From Gaiellaceae bacterium (GTDB taxonomy: Bacteria > Actinomycetota > Thermoleophilia > Gaiellales > Gaiellaceae): a DNA stretch of 64,000 nt. The notes beneath the pieces were generated by a model that saw nothing but the letters and a program-made list of their open reading frames with translations, did not search any database and was not told where the DNA came from. A program made the position numbers and the translations under genes. The DNA is taken from contig JBOHAD010000002.1 of assembly GCA_050697555.1 (NCBI GenBank), positions 10,464-74,463 on the forward strand, written 5' to 3'. Below, in pieces: positions 61,455 to 64,000 of this stretch (positions are counted from its first letter, which is position 1; every line of letters starts with the position of its first letter).

Positions 61455-63157
61455 AAGCTGCGCGGCAGGACGAGCTGGAAGCGTGCGCCTCGCGGCTCTG
61501 CGGGCTCGTAGAGAAGGTCGCCCCGGTGCGCGTGGGCGTACGAGCGGGCGATCGCGAGGCCGAGCCCCGTGCCCGCCCGGCCGCGTGCCTCGGGACTGCG
61601 GGTGAAGCGTTCGAAGAGCTCGGGCACGAACTCGGCCGAGACGCCCGGACCGCGGTCCTCGACCGTGAGGCGGAAGTGGCGATCGCTCTGCGCCGCGTGC
61701 ACCGCGATCGGGGGCTCGCCGTAGCGAAGCGCGTTCTGGAGCAGGTTCGAGACGACACGGTCGAAGGCGGCGAGATCGGCGGTGGCCGCGAGATCCTCCG
61801 GGATGGCGATCTCGACGTCCTGGACGCGCGGCCCCGCGAGGGTGGTGACGAGCTCTTGTACCCGGCGCCGCACGACGAACGGCACGGGCTCGATCGCCAC
61901 GGCCTCGGCCTCCAGCCGGGAGAGGTCGAGCAGCTGCTCCACGAGCAGACGCAGCCGCTCGGACTGCGCGTGCAGGTGCGAGTGCAGCTGGGTCACCAGG
62001 GCGGGGGAGAGGTCGGCGCTCCGGCGGGTGAGCGTCTCGGCCGTCGTGTGCACGGTTGCGACGGGTGCCCGCAGCTCGTGGGCAGCGAGCGCGACGAAGT
62101 GGCTCTTGAGCTCGTCGGCCCGCTCCAGCGCCACACGGGCCTCCCGCTCCTGCGCGAAGAGGCGGGTGCGGTCGAGCGCCAGCCCCGTCAGCGCGCCGAG
62201 CGTCTCGAGCAGCCGCCGCTCCTCGTGCCCGAAGTAGGGCGCGTACGGGCTCGCCCAGACAGTCAGCGATCCGCCCGGGATGTCGACGGTGAACGTCGCG
62301 TTCGGCCGCTCCTCAGCTTCCGGGACGGTGTCGTAGGTACCGACGACTCGCTCGTCCTCTCCGCGGAGGACGAGCGCACGCGCCCCGACGATGTGCGCCA
62401 TCGGCGGAAGGACCTGAGCGGCGACCTCCTCCTGGCTCGTCGCTCCCATGAGCCCGGCGACGCCGGCCTGGAGCCGCTCCTGCTCGGGGCGGCGCCAGAG
62501 CACGCGAAGGAAGGTCGGCGGTGCCAGCCCGAAGAGGAAGGCGAGCGCGCTGAGCGTGACGAGGAGCGCGACGACGAGGTCGGCCCAGGGCTCGTCTTCC
62601 GGCCCGAAGGCCGAGAAGAAGAGGGCCGCCGTGACCGCGAGCATCGCGAAGACGAGAAGCTGCATGCGGCGGCGGGCGACGGTCGGCTCGCCCCGCGCGC
62701 CGCGCCAGAGCCGGCCGCCGGAGACGAACGTCAGAACCGTCCAGTGGACGACGAACGCGGCCACGTAGGCGGTGAACCAGGTGGGCTGCGGCTCTCCCTC
62801 CTCGGGAAGGGAGGGGAGCGCGAACGTCCAGGCGATCAGCACGACGGTCATGACGCCCAGGCGCTCCTCCAGCCGGCGCGAAGGCGGGTTGAACGCGGTC
62901 GTGAACCTGTAGAGCAGGTACGGGAAGAGGACGAGCGTCGCGATCAGGAACCGCCTGGCGACCGCGACGAGGTCGGAGGAAGACTCCTCGGGCAGCACCT
63001 CGCCGACGTCGACGACGGCGGCGAGCGCGACGAACGCGAGGGCCGCCCACAGCCCGGCTCGCCCGTGCCCGAGGCGCCATTCGCGCAGGGCGACGACGGC
63101 GACAGCCGTCAGGAGCGCGAGATTCGCATACCCAAGGTACTCGACGATCGACCGCAC
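61451..63157 (-). CDS. sensor histidine kinase (multi-TM N-terminus, HisKA, HATPase_c)
   Basis: H-box FVALAAHELRAPV, N-box VVSNLLQNALRYG, G-boxes EDRGPGV and GTGLGLAIA. No adjacent response regulator. Confidence 0.9.
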   Translation of the reverse strand: MRSIVEYLGYANLALLTAVAVVALREWRLGHGRAGLWAALAFVALAAVVDVGEVLPEESSSDLVAVARRFLIATLVLFPYLLYRFTTAFNPPSRRLEERLGVMTVVLIAWTFALPSLPEEGEPQPTWFTAYVAAFVVHWTVLTFVSGGRLWRGARGEPTVARRRMQLLVFAMLAVTAALFFSAFGPEDEPWADLVVALLVTLSALAFLFGLAPPTFLRVLWRRPEQERLQAGVAGLMGATSQEEVAAQVLPPMAHIVGARALVLRGEDERVVGTYDTVPEAEERPNATFTVDIPGGSLTVWASPYAPYFGHEERRLLETLGALTGLALDRTRLFAQEREARVALERADELKSHFVALAAHELRAPVATVHTTAETLTRRSADLSPALVTQLHSHLHAQSERLRLLVEQLLDLSRLEAEAVAIEPVPFVVRRRVQELVTTLAGPRVQDVEIAIPEDLAATADLAAFDRVVSNLLQNALRYGEPPIAVHAAQSDRHFRLTVEDRGPGVSAEFVPELFERFTRSPEARGRAGTGLGLAIARSYAHAHRGDLLYEPAEPRGARFQLVLPRSF

Positions 63158-63233
63158 TGGACGCTCCCTTTCGAGGCTCCGACCGGGAATCCCTCAGGGA
63201 TCGTCGGATCGTAGCTGCGGAATCCGGCTTCTG

Positions 63234-63506
63234 CTAGGCCGCTTGAAGCCGCCTGTCGACCTCCTCGGAGTCGAGCCCTTCGACCTCGACGACCTTGCTC
63301 CGTGACGTGTGCCCGGCGACGAGCCGCACGTCCGCAAGCGGCACGCCGAGGGTCTCGGCGAGGAGCCGTTGCAGCGCCGCGTTCGCGCGCCCGCGCTCGG
63401 GCTGCGCGGCGACTCTCACCTTCCAGGCGTCTCCGTGGCGCCCGGCGATCTCGGTGCGACGCGCGCCGGGGGAGAGATGAATCCTGACCCGGCTCATTAC
63501 TGACAC
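63234..63506 (-). CDS. DUF167 (YggU) family protein
   Basis: VRVAAQPERGRANAALQRLLAETLGVPLADVRLVAGHTSRSKVVEV. Confidence 0.85.
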   Translation of the reverse strand: MSVMSRVRIHLSPGARRTEIAGRHGDAWKVRVAAQPERGRANAALQRLLAETLGVPLADVRLVAGHTSRSKVVEVEGLDSEEVDRRLQAA

Positions 63507-63517
63507 AATGGCCCCCA

Positions 63518-64000
63518 GTGAGGACGAAGGTCGAGGAGCTCCCGGAAAGCCGCGTCCGCCTCGAGGTCGAGGTTCCCGAGGAGGACGTCCAGCACGCGCT
63601 CGAGCACGCCGCTTCCGATCTGGCGGGCTCGCTGCGCATCCCCGGCTTTCGCAAGGGGAAGGCGCCGGTCAAGGTGGTCGCAGCCCGTGTGGGGCGCGAA
63701 GCCCTCTGGGAGGAGGCTGTGCGCAGCCACCTGGACGGCTGGTTCTGGACGGCCGCGCAGAGCTCCGGCATCCATCCGGTGGCCAACCCGGAGGTCGAGA
63801 CCGGTAACGGTCCGCCGTCGGAGGGCGACCCCTTCCGCTTCACCGCGACCGTCGCGGTCGTGCCCACGCCCGAGCTCCCCGACTGGACGACGCTCGAGGT
63901 AGGCGCCCCCGAGGCCGAGGTTCCCGGCGAGCTCGTCGATCTCGAGCTCGACCGTGTGCGCGCGAGCGTCGCCGAGCTCACGCCCGCCGACCGGCCGGTC
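63518..64000 (+). CDS. tig: trigger factor, N-terminal part (continues beyond the window)
   Basis: GTG 63518. VRTKVEELPESRVRLEVEVPEEDVQHALEHAASDLAGSLRIPGFRKGKAPVKVV. The frame is open to the window end. Confidence 0.85.
   Translation, partial: MRTKVEELPESRVRLEVEVPEEDVQHALEHAASDLAGSLRIPGFRKGKAPVKVVAARVGREALWEEAVRSHLDGWFWTAAQSSGIHPVANPEVETGNGPPSEGDPFRFTATVAVVPTPELPDWTTLEVGAPEAEVPGELVDLELDRVRASVAELTPADRPV

Noticed and set aside
61526-63214. 562-aa plus-strand ORF
   Set aside because: It is antisense to the histidine kinase, which has H, N and G boxes. The translation is Arg/Glu/Asp/Gly-rich junk.
63508-63807. 99-aa ORF starting at ATG 63508
   Set aside because: It is in the wrong frame. The trigger factor N-terminus (IPGFRKGKAP motif) reads from GTG 63518 in frame 2.

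Overview
High-GC (about 70% by eye) chromosomal window that looks like Actinomycetota of the Thermoleophilia/Rubrobacteria type. All calls come from reading the sequence and ORF translations. No database search was run, so family names are recognition from memory and start codons are approximate. Core housekeeping blocks are lysA, an AI-2E transporter, tRNA-Arg(TCT)/tRNA-His, a site-2 protease, sodA, tRNA-Arg(TCG), tRNA-Leu, a histidine kinase and tig. Two sets of accessory DNA anchored on tRNA-Arg genes interrupt these blocks. (1) Set 1 spans about 4.7-22.8 kb. It has two decayed copies of tRNA-Arg(TCT) plus the intact gene, and these bracket about 17 kb of cargo: an RTX-repeat deacetylase, a SARP-cyclase-ATPase regulator, an 891-aa helical protein with a HEPN-like C-terminus, a Phd antitoxin followed by a DUF559-like nuclease, and a beta-helix secreted protein. 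(2) Set 2 spans 30.3-59.7 kb. A 47-bp direct repeat of the tRNA-Arg(TCG) 3' half, plus an older degenerate copy, delimits two elements. The first is a 5.2-kb islet carrying a three-gene module: trypco2-like protein, S1 protease fused to CHAT, and a TPR protein. The second is a 24-kb island with integrase, excisionase and a MobF-type relaxase, all frameshifted. That island also carries a dense thiol-disulfide and radical-SAM/methyltransferase cargo. The most notable observation is in this island: two redox genes, one CcdA-like and one TlpA-like, each have a single in-frame TGA exactly at a conserved redox cysteine. Each TGA is followed by a SECIS-like hairpin, and each gene has a Cys-containing paralog in the same island. 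They are candidate selenoproteins. The window also shows an unusually high number of single-base frameshifts, which indicates either pseudogenisation or indel-prone sequencing. No rRNA, CRISPR array or transposase was seen.
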